A stretch of 64,000 bases of DNA from positions 854,863 to 918,862 of the forward strand of contig OZ245032.1 in NCBI GenBank assembly GCA_965224015.1. The letters are read 5' to 3'. A model generated the notes under the pieces. That model was not told where the DNA came from and did not search any database. It saw only the letters and a list, made by a program, of their open reading frames with translations. Both the position numbers and the translations under genes were made by a program. Origin of the DNA: Hyphomicrobiales bacterium (GTDB lineage: Bacteria > Pseudomonadota > Alphaproteobacteria > Rhizobiales > CBDCVD01). Positions 20,977 through 29,676 of the stretch are shown here, one piece after another; the first letter of the stretch is position 1; the number at the start of each line of letters is the position of its first letter.

Positions 20977-22134
20977 TTACCTTAATAATCCGTTACTGCT
21001 TGCATAATTGTAATACGCCAATATACGTCTGACATATGGGTTGTAGTGCGTAGAATCAAATTCGGTTGGATGAAGATGATACGTCCCGAAATCGCTGTCG
21101 TAAATAACGCTATCACTGTAAGACCACAAGTGCCTTAGAATACCATCGACATTTCCGGCCCCATAACGCAAGTAAGGATCAAATTCCTCAAAAAAATTAA
21201 AAAAACCGTTCCGCTTTACCAACTCTTCGGAAAGGGGGCCGCCGGATTCGAGATATTTAATGAAATAATCAGAATAGGGCTTTTTATGAAAGAAACTGAT
21301 CGTCACCAACATGCCTTCATACTCAGGGACCCCACAGGGCGACGGCTTTTGACCGCACCAGGCAAATTGCCTTATCAGTGTCTGATAGGCTTGCTCCAGG
21401 CCGTCGCCAAACAGTTCGTGTAACGCAGTCAATACCGACTTTTTCAACGCGATATCATAGGGAGAGTGAGTGGGTGTAATTAATGTAATCTCCCCAAGTG
21501 CTTTAAATATTTCACTGTTACGTCTTTGCCTGACATTGGGGAAATAGGTGATTGTTCCAATATTGGCTAAGCGATGATCGGGTAAATCACCTTCATCCAT
21601 GAGCGCGCGATAATACATCCCAAAGTAAATCAAAATATTCGATGATGGATATATATAATCTTCGCGTACATGCTTGTAAAAAATATCTTCCGCGGACGTA
21701 TTTTGAAGAATTTTTTGATTATAAAAATTAAATATTGCCAACAAGTACGCGGTTCCTAGTCGAGTAAGAGTGTTATTGTCAAGCTCTTCTACACAGTCAT
21801 ATTGAAAAATAAGCTTGCTTTCCAAATTATTTTCTTGTTTCAATTTAACCAGGCTCTTTAATATTTTCCACTGTTGCGGAATAATGCGATTATAATGTTT
21901 GGAATATTTTTCATTATAATTATGTGTCATAATTAAACCGAAATCCAATAGGACAATAAATCCATACCTATTGTTAATATGTAATACTTCGTCACGACTC
22001 ATGTCTTCATGCTCCAAGCATTTTTCTAGATAAATCTTATCTACCGGCTCCAACTCATTAGCCACGGCATTTTTTACAAAAATACTCGATAAGCTTAGCA
22101 GTGAAAATAAAAGCAAATATCTATTATATATCAT
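20977..22134 (-). CDS. Putative periplasmic immunity protein (B1)
   Basis: Signal peptide (..KNAVA); TAATG-coupled to the upstream effector; AT-rich. Confidence 0.7.
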   Translation of the reverse strand: MIYNRYLLLFSLLSLSSIFVKNAVANELEPVDKIYLEKCLEHEDMSRDEVLHINNRYGFIVLLDFGLIMTHNYNEKYSKHYNRIIPQQWKILKSLVKLKQENNLESKLIFQYDCVEELDNNTLTRLGTAYLLAIFNFYNQKILQNTSAEDIFYKHVREDYIYPSSNILIYFGMYYRALMDEGDLPDHRLANIGTITYFPNVRQRRNSEIFKALGEITLITPTHSPYDIALKKSVLTALHELFGDGLEQAYQTLIRQFAWCGQKPSPCGVPEYEGMLVTISFFHKKPYSDYFIKYLESGGPLSEELVKRNGFFNFFEEFDPYLRYGAGNVDGILRHLWSYSDSVIYDSDFGTYHLHPTEFDSTHYNPYVRRILAYYNYASSNGLLR

Positions 22135-22904
22135 TATGGGAACTCCGCCTTTTTATATTGATCCGTTCCATTAGGAAAGTCATGATAGTCTTTGAAGTTA
22201 ATTGTAACCGGATACCCAACAGATTTTAATCCTGTCGCTTTATTCCACTCCTGTGCAACTATCTCGTTATTACAGCCGATGAATCTAGATTTAAGCTTAG
22301 ACGTTGTGCGAATCACACTTTTTTTTACCTTTTTGAATTCATCCGCGTCAAATACGGCATTTTTATTTCGAGGTCTAATGGGTATTCCTGGATCAATGTG
22401 ATCTAAATCCAACCAGAGTTCGTTACGTTTAGCAGAATGGCCGCTATAATACAATCTGGTAACAGAATCAGCTTTCATGCTATTGATATGGCTAACTATA
22501 GAATTTTTTGTCTTAATTCCAATGTATCTGTGCTTAGTACTATTACCTGCAATCCATTTCTTAATTCGATCAAGATAATTTTTTGCTTTAAAATGAGTTA
22601 TTATCCTTTTTACTTGATCGCTAATGAATTTTGGTCTTTTGTTATCTTTATTATCATCTGTCCACCTCTCGTTATAAGCGGGTGTGTAAACCAGCCAATC
22701 AACAGTTTCACCATCTTCCAATTTTATTTTTCCTGAGTCAAATCCATTGGCGAGGGTATAGTAATACGAATACCAGGCCCTATCGTGGGCGGGATCTCTT
22801 GGATCATAGACACCGGGTCCGCCTAAGATAATGATAAACTTCTTGGGACATGTTTCACAGAATTTTCCAGCCTTTTCCTTTTTCGGTTTGTCTGGCGGCG
22901 TCAT
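22134..22904 (-). CDS. Putative T6SS effector (A1), paralogue of A2
   Basis: Shared MTPPDKP..KAG..CETCP, G.PG.Y..HDR.W.SY, RLYYSGH (H156), SRFIGCN (C211). Confidence 0.65.
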   Translation of the reverse strand: MTPPDKPKKEKAGKFCETCPKKFIIILGGPGVYDPRDPAHDRAWYSYYYTLANGFDSGKIKLEDGETVDWLVYTPAYNERWTDDNKDNKRPKFISDQVKRIITHFKAKNYLDRIKKWIAGNSTKHRYIGIKTKNSIVSHINSMKADSVTRLYYSGHSAKRNELWLDLDHIDPGIPIRPRNKNAVFDADEFKKVKKSVIRTTSKLKSRFIGCNNEIVAQEWNKATGLKSVGYPVTINFKDYHDFPNGTDQYKKAEFP

Positions 22905-23569
22905 CAGATTTTTCCTTCGTCGGCGTTGTAAACATATTTCTCAAACAGTGCCGTTAATTCAGCTTCGTTTTTATCAGCAAGTGCTGGAGTGAATTCTGTG
23001 TGCTCGGTGTCAAACCGCTCTCCAAGCCGCCAGGCACAGAATACAAAACCCATCAGATCATATTCCGTTGTCAGATCATAATCCTGTGCCCGGGCTATGT
23101 GCGTTCTAACAAAGGCTCTGGCCTTTGTGATGTCTGCCTTGCCGTACCCTTCAGCTTCACCAATCTTTGCCAGCTCCTGCGCCACCATCTCGCAAAAAAT
23201 CTCCATTTGCATCTGCTCAAACGCCGCCTCATGGCCTCGTCTGATCAGGGTAAGCGGCCCCGTGGATCGCTGCGCCCGTGCCTGCGACGCTACAGCAAAC
23301 GGCTCGATCATCGTTGGCTCCAGAGTGCGCATGTCAATGCGGTGCACGGTCATGGGAGACGCATCGTCTGCCTTGGCAAAGTGAAATATATTGTGCGCCT
23401 TCGAAAGTCCCGGTTCCTCGCACCAGTCCTCGGCGAAGATATGCGTGATCGGACCAAAAAATGCCGCAAGCTCTGGTCCGTTGCAGGACAAAAGCCAGAC
23501 CCGCAAAACCGCCGGATCAAAAAAACGAAACCGCACCACCCGACCATCGCTCTCCCACTCAACACGCAA
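22904..23569 (-). CDS. 5'-truncated DUF4123 adaptor, copy 2
   Basis: Differs from copy 1 at 2 of 221 residues; truncated at the same point. Confidence 0.78.
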   Translation of the reverse strand: MRVEWESDGRVVRFRFFDPAVLRVWLLSCNGPELAAFFGPITHIFAEDWCEEPGLSKAHNIFHFAKADDASPMTVHRIDMRTLEPTMIEPFAVASQARAQRSTGPLTLIRRGHEAAFEQMQMEIFCEMVAQELAKIGEAEGYGKADITKARAFVRTHIARAQDYDLTTEYDLMGFVFCAWRLGERFDTEHTEFTPALADKNEAELTALFEKYVYNADEGKI

Positions 23570-23585
23570 GTACCGGCGGAAGTTT

Positions 23586-24743
23586 TTACCTTAATAATCC
23601 GTTACTGCTTGCATAATTGTAATACGCCAATATACGTCTGACATATGGGTTGTAGTGCGTAGAATCAAATTCGGTTGGATGAAGATGATACGTCCCGAAA
23701 TCGCTGTCGTAAATAACGCTATCACTGTAAGACCGCAAACGCCTTAGAATGCCATCGACATTTCCGGCCCCATAACGCAAGTAAGGATCAAATTCCTCAA
23801 AAAAATTAAAAAAACCGTTCCGCTTTACCAACTCTTCGGAAAGGGGGCCGCCGGATTCGAGATATTTAATGAAATAATCAGAATAGGGCTTTTTATGAAA
23901 GAAACTGATCGTCACCAACATACCTTCATACTCGGGGACCCCGCAGGGTGACGGCTTTTGACCGCACCAGGCAAATTGCCTTATCAGTGTCTGATAGGCT
24001 TGCTCCAGGCCGTCGCCAAACAGTTCGTGTAACGCAGTCAATACCGACTTTTTCAACGCGATATCATAGGGAGAGTGAGTGGGTGTAATTAAAGTAATCT
24101 CCCCAAGTGCTTTAAATATTTCACTGTTACGTCTTTGCCTGGCATTTGGGGAATAGGTGATTGTTCCAATATTGGCTAGGCGATGATCGGGTAAATCACC
24201 TTCATCCATAAGCGCGCGATAATACATCCCAAAGTAAATCAAAATATCCGATGATGGATATATATAATCTTCGCTTACATGCCTGTAAAAAATATCTTCC
24301 GCGGACGTATTTTGAAGAATTTTTTGATTATAAAAATTAAATATTGCCAACAAGTACGCGGTTCCTCGTCGAGTAAAGGTGTTATTGTCAAATTTTTGTA
24401 TACAGTCATATTGAAAAAAAAGTTTGCTCTCCAAATTATTTTCTTGTTTCAATTTAACCAGGCTCTTTAATATTTTCCATTGTTGCGGAATAATGCGATT
24501 ATAATGTTTGGAATATTTTTCACTATAATTATGTGTCTTAATAATTCTGAAATTCAATAGGGCAATAAATCCATACCTATTGTTAAGGTGCAATACTTCA
24601 TCACGACTCATGTCTTCATGCTCCAAGCATTTTTCAAGATAAATCTTATCTACCGGCTCCAATTCATTAGCCATAGTATTTTTTACAAAAATACTCGATA
24701 AGCTTAGCAGTGAAAACAAAAGCAAATATCTATTATATATCAT
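23586..24743 (-). CDS. Putative periplasmic immunity protein (B0), paralogue of B1
   Basis: Same length as B1 (385 aa); about 23 substitutions by manual count. Confidence 0.7.
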   Translation of the reverse strand: MIYNRYLLLFSLLSLSSIFVKNTMANELEPVDKIYLEKCLEHEDMSRDEVLHLNNRYGFIALLNFRIIKTHNYSEKYSKHYNRIIPQQWKILKSLVKLKQENNLESKLFFQYDCIQKFDNNTFTRRGTAYLLAIFNFYNQKILQNTSAEDIFYRHVSEDYIYPSSDILIYFGMYYRALMDEGDLPDHRLANIGTITYSPNARQRRNSEIFKALGEITLITPTHSPYDIALKKSVLTALHELFGDGLEQAYQTLIRQFAWCGQKPSPCGVPEYEGMLVTISFFHKKPYSDYFIKYLESGGPLSEELVKRNGFFNFFEEFDPYLRYGAGNVDGILRRLRSYSDSVIYDSDFGTYHLHPTEFDSTHYNPYVRRILAYYNYASSNGLLR

Positions 24744-24870
24744 TATGGGAACTCCTCCTTTTCATATGTATCTGCTCCATTAGGAAAGCCATGATAGTCT
24801 TTGAAGTCAATTGTAACCGGATACCCAACAGATCTTAATCCTGCCGCTTTACTCCACGCCTCAGCAACTA
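24743..24870 (-). pseudogene. 3' remnant of a third A-type effector (A0), cut by an IS
   Basis: Reads LVAEAWSKAAGLRSVGYPVTIDFKDYHGFPNGADTYEKEEFP*, 30/42 identical to the A1 C-terminus; ends at the IS left end. Confidence 0.88.
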
Positions 24871-25662
24871 GGTCCTGTTGACAAACTGGGTTTCCAAATC
24901 ACTTAAAATGTGATTCAAGATAACTTTTGAGGAGGTTATCATGACACGTTTGCTGATGGAAGATGCGGAATGGGCGTTCTTTGAACCCTTTATTGTTGCC
25001 ATTCGCGGCCGCGGTGGACGTCCGGCTAGGGATCATCGTCGTGTCCTGGACGGCATATTCTGGATCGCACGCACCGGCGCCCCATGGCGAGATCTACCTG
25101 AGGCGTTCGGTAAATGGTCGAGCGTCTACCGCCAGTTCCGACGCTGGACGTTGGCTGGGCTTTGGGAGTTGATCCTGGAGACCTTGAACGAGAGCGGGGC
25201 GGCACCCGATCAGGTTCAGATGATCGACAGTACCGTCATCCGCGCCCACCATCAGGCAGCAGGCGCAAAAGGGGGGCTCAAAAAGAAGGTCTTGGCCGTT
25301 CAAAAGGTGGCTTTACGACAAAGATACATCTGATTACCAACGCTTTTGGGCTGCCTTTGAGAGCCGAGGTCAGCGGCGGCCAGGTTTCTGACTACAAGGG
25401 GTACGACCTCTTGCACGAGGACGCTATAACGCCGGCCAAGGTGCTAATCGCTGACAAGGGCTATGATTCAGACGCGATCAGGGATGATGTTGAGAAACAC
25501 GGTGGCGTGTCGATCATTCCGGGGCGCAAATGCCGGAAAGACCCCATTCCCGTCGATGAGTTCCTTTATGGCTTGCGTAATCGGATCGAACGGTGTTTTA
25601 ACAGACTCAAGAACGCCAGACGGCTGGCAACAAGGTACGACAAAACCGCAGCGAGCTATATC

Positions 25663-27287
25663 GTCGTTTGTGAAGAATTTCCATTGCATTGATATTGTTT
25701 GATTATCAGGCTTTTCGGGCCTTCGATATTGCAAGATTTTGCACGCCTGTGGTTTGTTTCCTTGCAATTTGCGTAACGTCCTTTTCTGTGATTCACTGGT
25801 CAAACAAGTGATTTGGAGAGGGATATGAAGCCAAGAGAACCTTTTAAGACCGGTCAGTTCGATATGTTTCGTTCAAGGCTGGATCAGATCATCAACATGG
25901 GCCACGAGAAGGCGATTTTAGCCGACAAGATCGATTGGCAATTTCTGTCGGATAAATGTGAGGCAGTCTATGCGGACAAAGCCGGTCACCCGCCCCTTCC
26001 GACGCGGCTGATGGCGGGACTGCATATCCTCAAATATGCCGACAATCTTTCCGATGAAGAAGTCTGCGCCCGCTTTGTGGAGAACCCGTATTATCAATAT
26101 TTGTGCGGTGAGGAGTTCTTTCGTCATGATCTTCCGCTTGAGCGCTCGTCAATGACCCGATGGCGTCAGCGGATGGGCGAGGAGAGGATACAAGCCCTGT
26201 TGCAGGAGAGCCTTGCCGTGGCCTTGAAAGTGGGGGCTGCGAAGCCTTCGGATTTTACCCAGGTGATTGTCGATACCACGGTTCAGGAGAAGAACGTTGC
26301 TTATCCAACGGACGCCAAACTGTGTCACAAGGCCCGGGAGCGGTTGGTTAAGCTGGCGAAGAAGCACGGCATCAAGCTACGCCAGTCCTATGTGCGGGTG
26401 AGCAAGAAGGCCCTGATCAAACACCAGCGCTATGCCCATGCCAAGCACTACAAGCGGGCGAAAAGGGAATTAAAACGCCTTAAAACCTGGCTTGGCCGTA
26501 CCATTCGTGACATCAAGCGTAAGATTAAAGGCAACAAGGCCCACCAGGAGGCTTTCCTGCGGCCCCTGTGGCTGGCCGAGCGGGTGATGACCCAGAAACC
26601 GCGGGATGATATTCCAAAGAAAGTCTATAGCCTGCATGCTCCCGAGGTAGAGTGTATTGGCAAGGGAAAGGCTCACAAGCCTTACGAGTTTGGCGTCAAG
26701 GCATCAGTGGCCACCACGCTCAAGCGTTCAAAGGGGGGTCAGTTCGCCATTCATGCCAAGGCATTGCCGGGCAGGCCGTATGATGGTCACACACTTGCCA
26801 GCGTCATTCCCGCGATTGAGGCAATCACCGGTGCAGTCCTCAAGCGTATTCTCGCAGACGCCGGCTACAAGGGCCACAACGCCCCCTTAAGTCACAAGTT
26901 TCGGGTCTTTACCGCCGGCCAGAAACGAAGGGTGACACCGGCCATCAAACGCCAGATGAGACGACGGGCAGCAATTGAGCCGGTGATACCAGCGGTATTG
27001 GCTTTTTGTACAAGCTGACTTGTGTGTCGTATTGATAAGACAACGGTTTTACGCTGGGCCAGGAGTCAAACGCAAGGCCCCTTGGTATGATGGGTCATCT
27101 CAAGTCAGGACACCGCATGGATCGGAACTATCTTGCTCATGAACAAGGCGATGCCATCAACCCGATCCTTGCAGCCGCAGGCTACAACTTCCGCCTTATC
27201 CTCAAATGGATCAAGGCTTTTTGTTTCAAAATCTGGATCGTGTGGATATTCAATCAATCAGCCAAAATCGCATAGTTCACAATCGAC
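25663..27287 (+). mobile_element. Second IS5-family element (large single transposase), nested and itself disrupted
   Basis: IRs GTCGTTTGTGAA / TTCACAATCGAC; TATATC duplicated on both sides; transposase motifs DTTVQEKN, KPYEFG, DAGYKGH, AAIEPV|GHLK split by a MITE. Confidence 0.9.
26987..27087 (+). mobile_element. 101-bp MITE (R1), diverged copy inside the transposase gene
   Basis: TGA-TACCAGCGG...CCCTTGGTA-TGA; removing it plus one TGA restores CCG GTG ATG GGT CAT (PVMGH). Confidence 0.9.
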
Positions 27288-27361
27288 TATATCGGCTTTA
27301 TCTTTATCTTTATCTTTATCGTCTCCGCTAGACTGTGGTGCAAACAGTGTGTCAACACAGC

Positions 27362-27411
27362 CTAGATCAGCATACGTTGAGTTGTCCCTATAGCAAAATG
27401 GGTACACCTAA
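27362..27411. repeat. R2-family repeat (partial)
   Basis: CTAGATCAGCATACGTTGAGTTGTCCCTATAGCAAAATGGGTACACCTAA. Confidence 0.7.
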
Positions 27412-27532
27412 ACGCCGGCATCGGCTTTGGCGACCCCAGCTTTTTGACAGGCGCATTCACTTCACCAAGTTTTTCCCTGTGGTGCGTCATTTCCATTTCT
27501 TTCAGTCAATCCCGCCGCGCAAAGGCTTCGTG

Positions 27533-28633
27533 CTACAGCGTGCTCTTGATCAGATCGTTGACGCGGGCGGCATTTTCCATCTGAACCATGTGGCCGGCAT
27601 TTTCGATGACAGACACTTTTGCACCCGATACCGCACTGGCATGAGATACAGGGATCACGTCATCGTGTTCGCCCCAGATGATCTGGATCGGACACGACAA
27701 ACCGTCGAGGTTGCCGGAGATGCGTTCGATCTGCTTTGCATCAGCGAACATGTTCAACGACAAGGCATCTAAAAATGCCTGCACACCGTCCAGGCGCTTA
27801 TATTTGAGCAGATCGTCCACCATTGCGCGGCTGACAAGACTTTCGTCGGCAAAGAGCGCCTTGAGGTGCGGCTTCAACTCTTTACGGCTCGCAGAAGACA
27901 CAAAGCCCGAGATGTAGTCACCGTTGATCTCGTCCCCCAGACCGGCGGAACAGATAAGTGTCAGCGACGCAACCCTGCCCGGGTGTTGCATGGCCACTCG
28001 GCCAGCCACAAGCCCACCCATCGAATGGCCAACAAAATGTGCGTCTTCAACGGACAGGTGATCCAACAGTTGCACAACCGCATCAACCATTGTCCCGAGC
28101 CCCGGATTTTCTATCGCCTTTGACGATTGCCCGTGTCCCGGCAGGTCCAATGCATATACGGGCGCACTTTCCGAAATGGCATCTATGTTGAACCGCCAGT
28201 TATCAAAATCGCCGCCAAAGCCGTGAACCAGAACCACTGGCACACCTTCGCCGTTCCTGGCTGTGTAGCAGATTTTGCCGACTGGCAGTTCCACAAATTC
28301 ATGTGTTGCAGCGGCTTTCCCTTCCTCTTCAACTTCAGGCATTTCAAATGCATCGACATAAGCATTGATCTCGGCATCAGAGACATCCGCCGGCGCCAAA
28401 ACGCCCAACAATGCCTGAACAGGATAGATTTCGCCCTCTTGCCCCACATGCCTTCGCAGGAGGCCGCCATCGGCGGCCTCCACGGCATTTGCGATTTTGT
28501 CGGTTTCAACATCCATGATCTCGTCACCAGGCGAGATTTCGGTGCCTTCTGCAACATGCCACGCCGCCAGGGTGCCCTCCTTCATGGAGAGCCCCCACTT
28601 TGGCATGAGGATCGGGGTGATTTTATCGCTCAT
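27533..28633 (-). CDS. acoC: Acetoin dehydrogenase E2 component (lipoyl domain + alpha/beta hydrolase)
   Basis: MPKWGLSM, VETDKIAN lipoyl Lys, HGFGGD, GHSMGG. Confidence 0.92.
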   Translation of the reverse strand: MSDKITPILMPKWGLSMKEGTLAAWHVAEGTEISPGDEIMDVETDKIANAVEAADGGLLRRHVGQEGEIYPVQALLGVLAPADVSDAEINAYVDAFEMPEVEEEGKAAATHEFVELPVGKICYTARNGEGVPVVLVHGFGGDFDNWRFNIDAISESAPVYALDLPGHGQSSKAIENPGLGTMVDAVVQLLDHLSVEDAHFVGHSMGGLVAGRVAMQHPGRVASLTLICSAGLGDEINGDYISGFVSSASRKELKPHLKALFADESLVSRAMVDDLLKYKRLDGVQAFLDALSLNMFADAKQIERISGNLDGLSCPIQIIWGEHDDVIPVSHASAVSGAKVSVIENAGHMVQMENAARVNDLIKSTL

Positions 28634-29646
28634 TGATTTTTCGCTCCCAGCGTTTTGCGAACGGCTTCGGCAATGCGGTCCGGTGACGGGATGTAAAGGT
28701 CCTCAAGCGAAGGCGAGAAGGGAACCGGCGTATGCGGTGCGGTTACCATTTCAATCGGCGCTTTCAAAGCCTTGAACGCGTCCCGTGCGACACAAGCGGA
28801 AACGTCCGTTGCGATCGAACAACGCGGATTGGCTTCATCAACGCAAACAAGACGGCCAGTCTCCTCCACACTTTCGACCACCGTATCCATATCGATTGGT
28901 GACAGCGTGCGCAGATCGATCACTTCGCAATCAATGCCCTCTTTTTTCAGCGTATCCGCCGCCGCTAGAGAGTTCGGAACCATCAATCCGTAAGCCACTA
29001 TGGTGACATCGCTGCCTTCGCGCGCCACATTCGCCTCACCGAAGGGGATCGTGTACAACTCTTCTGGCACGTCGGTCTCTGATCCATAGAGATTTTTGTG
29101 CTCCAGGAAGATCACCGGATCATTGTCGCGGATCGACTGTATCAAAAGCCCTTTCGTGTCATAGGCGTTTGACGGGCAGACCACCTTCACACCCGGAATA
29201 TGGGTGAAAATCGGTGTCAACATCTGACTGTGCTGGGCAGCTGCCCTGAAACCAGCACCACACATCGCCCGGATGACCACCGGCGTTTCGGCCTTACCCC
29301 CAAACATATAGCGGAACTTGGCTGCCTGGTTGTAGATCTGGTCCAGACACACACCCATGAAATCGATGAACATCAGTTCAGCGATCGGACGCAGACCACA
29401 GGTCGCCGCGCCGATAGCCGCACCAATATAGGCACTTTCGGAAAGCGGTGTATCGATCATTTGTTGCGGATGTTTATGATAGAGGCCTTTTGAGACACCA
29501 AGGACACCACCCCAGGCATCCTCTTCACCTGGCGATCCCGTACCGCCCACAATGTCTTCCCCCATCATGATGACCGTTTTATCGCGAGTCATCTCCTGAT
29601 CAATGGCTTCGTTGATCGCGTCTTTCATACTAAGTGTACGTGCCAT
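28630..29646 (-). CDS. acoB: Acetoin dehydrogenase E1 beta subunit
   Basis: DTPLSESA, ELMFIDF, RAAAQHSQ; operon context. Confidence 0.93.
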   Translation of the reverse strand: MARTLSMKDAINEAIDQEMTRDKTVIMMGEDIVGGTGSPGEEDAWGGVLGVSKGLYHKHPQQMIDTPLSESAYIGAAIGAATCGLRPIAELMFIDFMGVCLDQIYNQAAKFRYMFGGKAETPVVIRAMCGAGFRAAAQHSQMLTPIFTHIPGVKVVCPSNAYDTKGLLIQSIRDNDPVIFLEHKNLYGSETDVPEELYTIPFGEANVAREGSDVTIVAYGLMVPNSLAAADTLKKEGIDCEVIDLRTLSPIDMDTVVESVEETGRLVCVDEANPRCSIATDVSACVARDAFKALKAPIEMVTAPHTPVPFSPSLEDLYIPSPDRIAEAVRKTLGAKNQ

Positions 29647-29676
29647 TTTCGTTTCTCCTGTCTTCGCGTTGACGTG

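Larger units (their letters stand above)
20236..24870. repeat. ~2.03-kb direct repeat with 2609-bp period (20236-22261 and 22845-24870)
   Basis: Offset 2609 holds at both ends (GGGACATGTTTCACAGA; GCAACTA) and for both duplicated ORFs. Confidence 0.95.
24871..27362 (+). mobile_element. IS5-family (IS427-like, two-ORF) element, interrupted
   Basis: Ends GGTCCTGTTGACA / TGTCAACACAGCC within CTAG; ORFs 24941-25333 and the -1 frame to 25662 (slippery AAAAGGGGGG at 25267); the C-terminus YIGFI..VSARLWCKQCVNTA* resumes at 27288. Confidence 0.9.

Noticed and set aside
20391-21032. Duplicated 213-aa plus-strand ORF (also 23000-23641)
   Set aside because: Antisense shadow of the DUF4123 and immunity genes; duplicated only because the DNA is duplicated
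25267-25333. Frameshift in the first IS transposase as a sign of decay
   Set aside because: A two-ORF layout with a slippery A/G run is normal for IS427-like elements; the inactivating lesion is the nested IS
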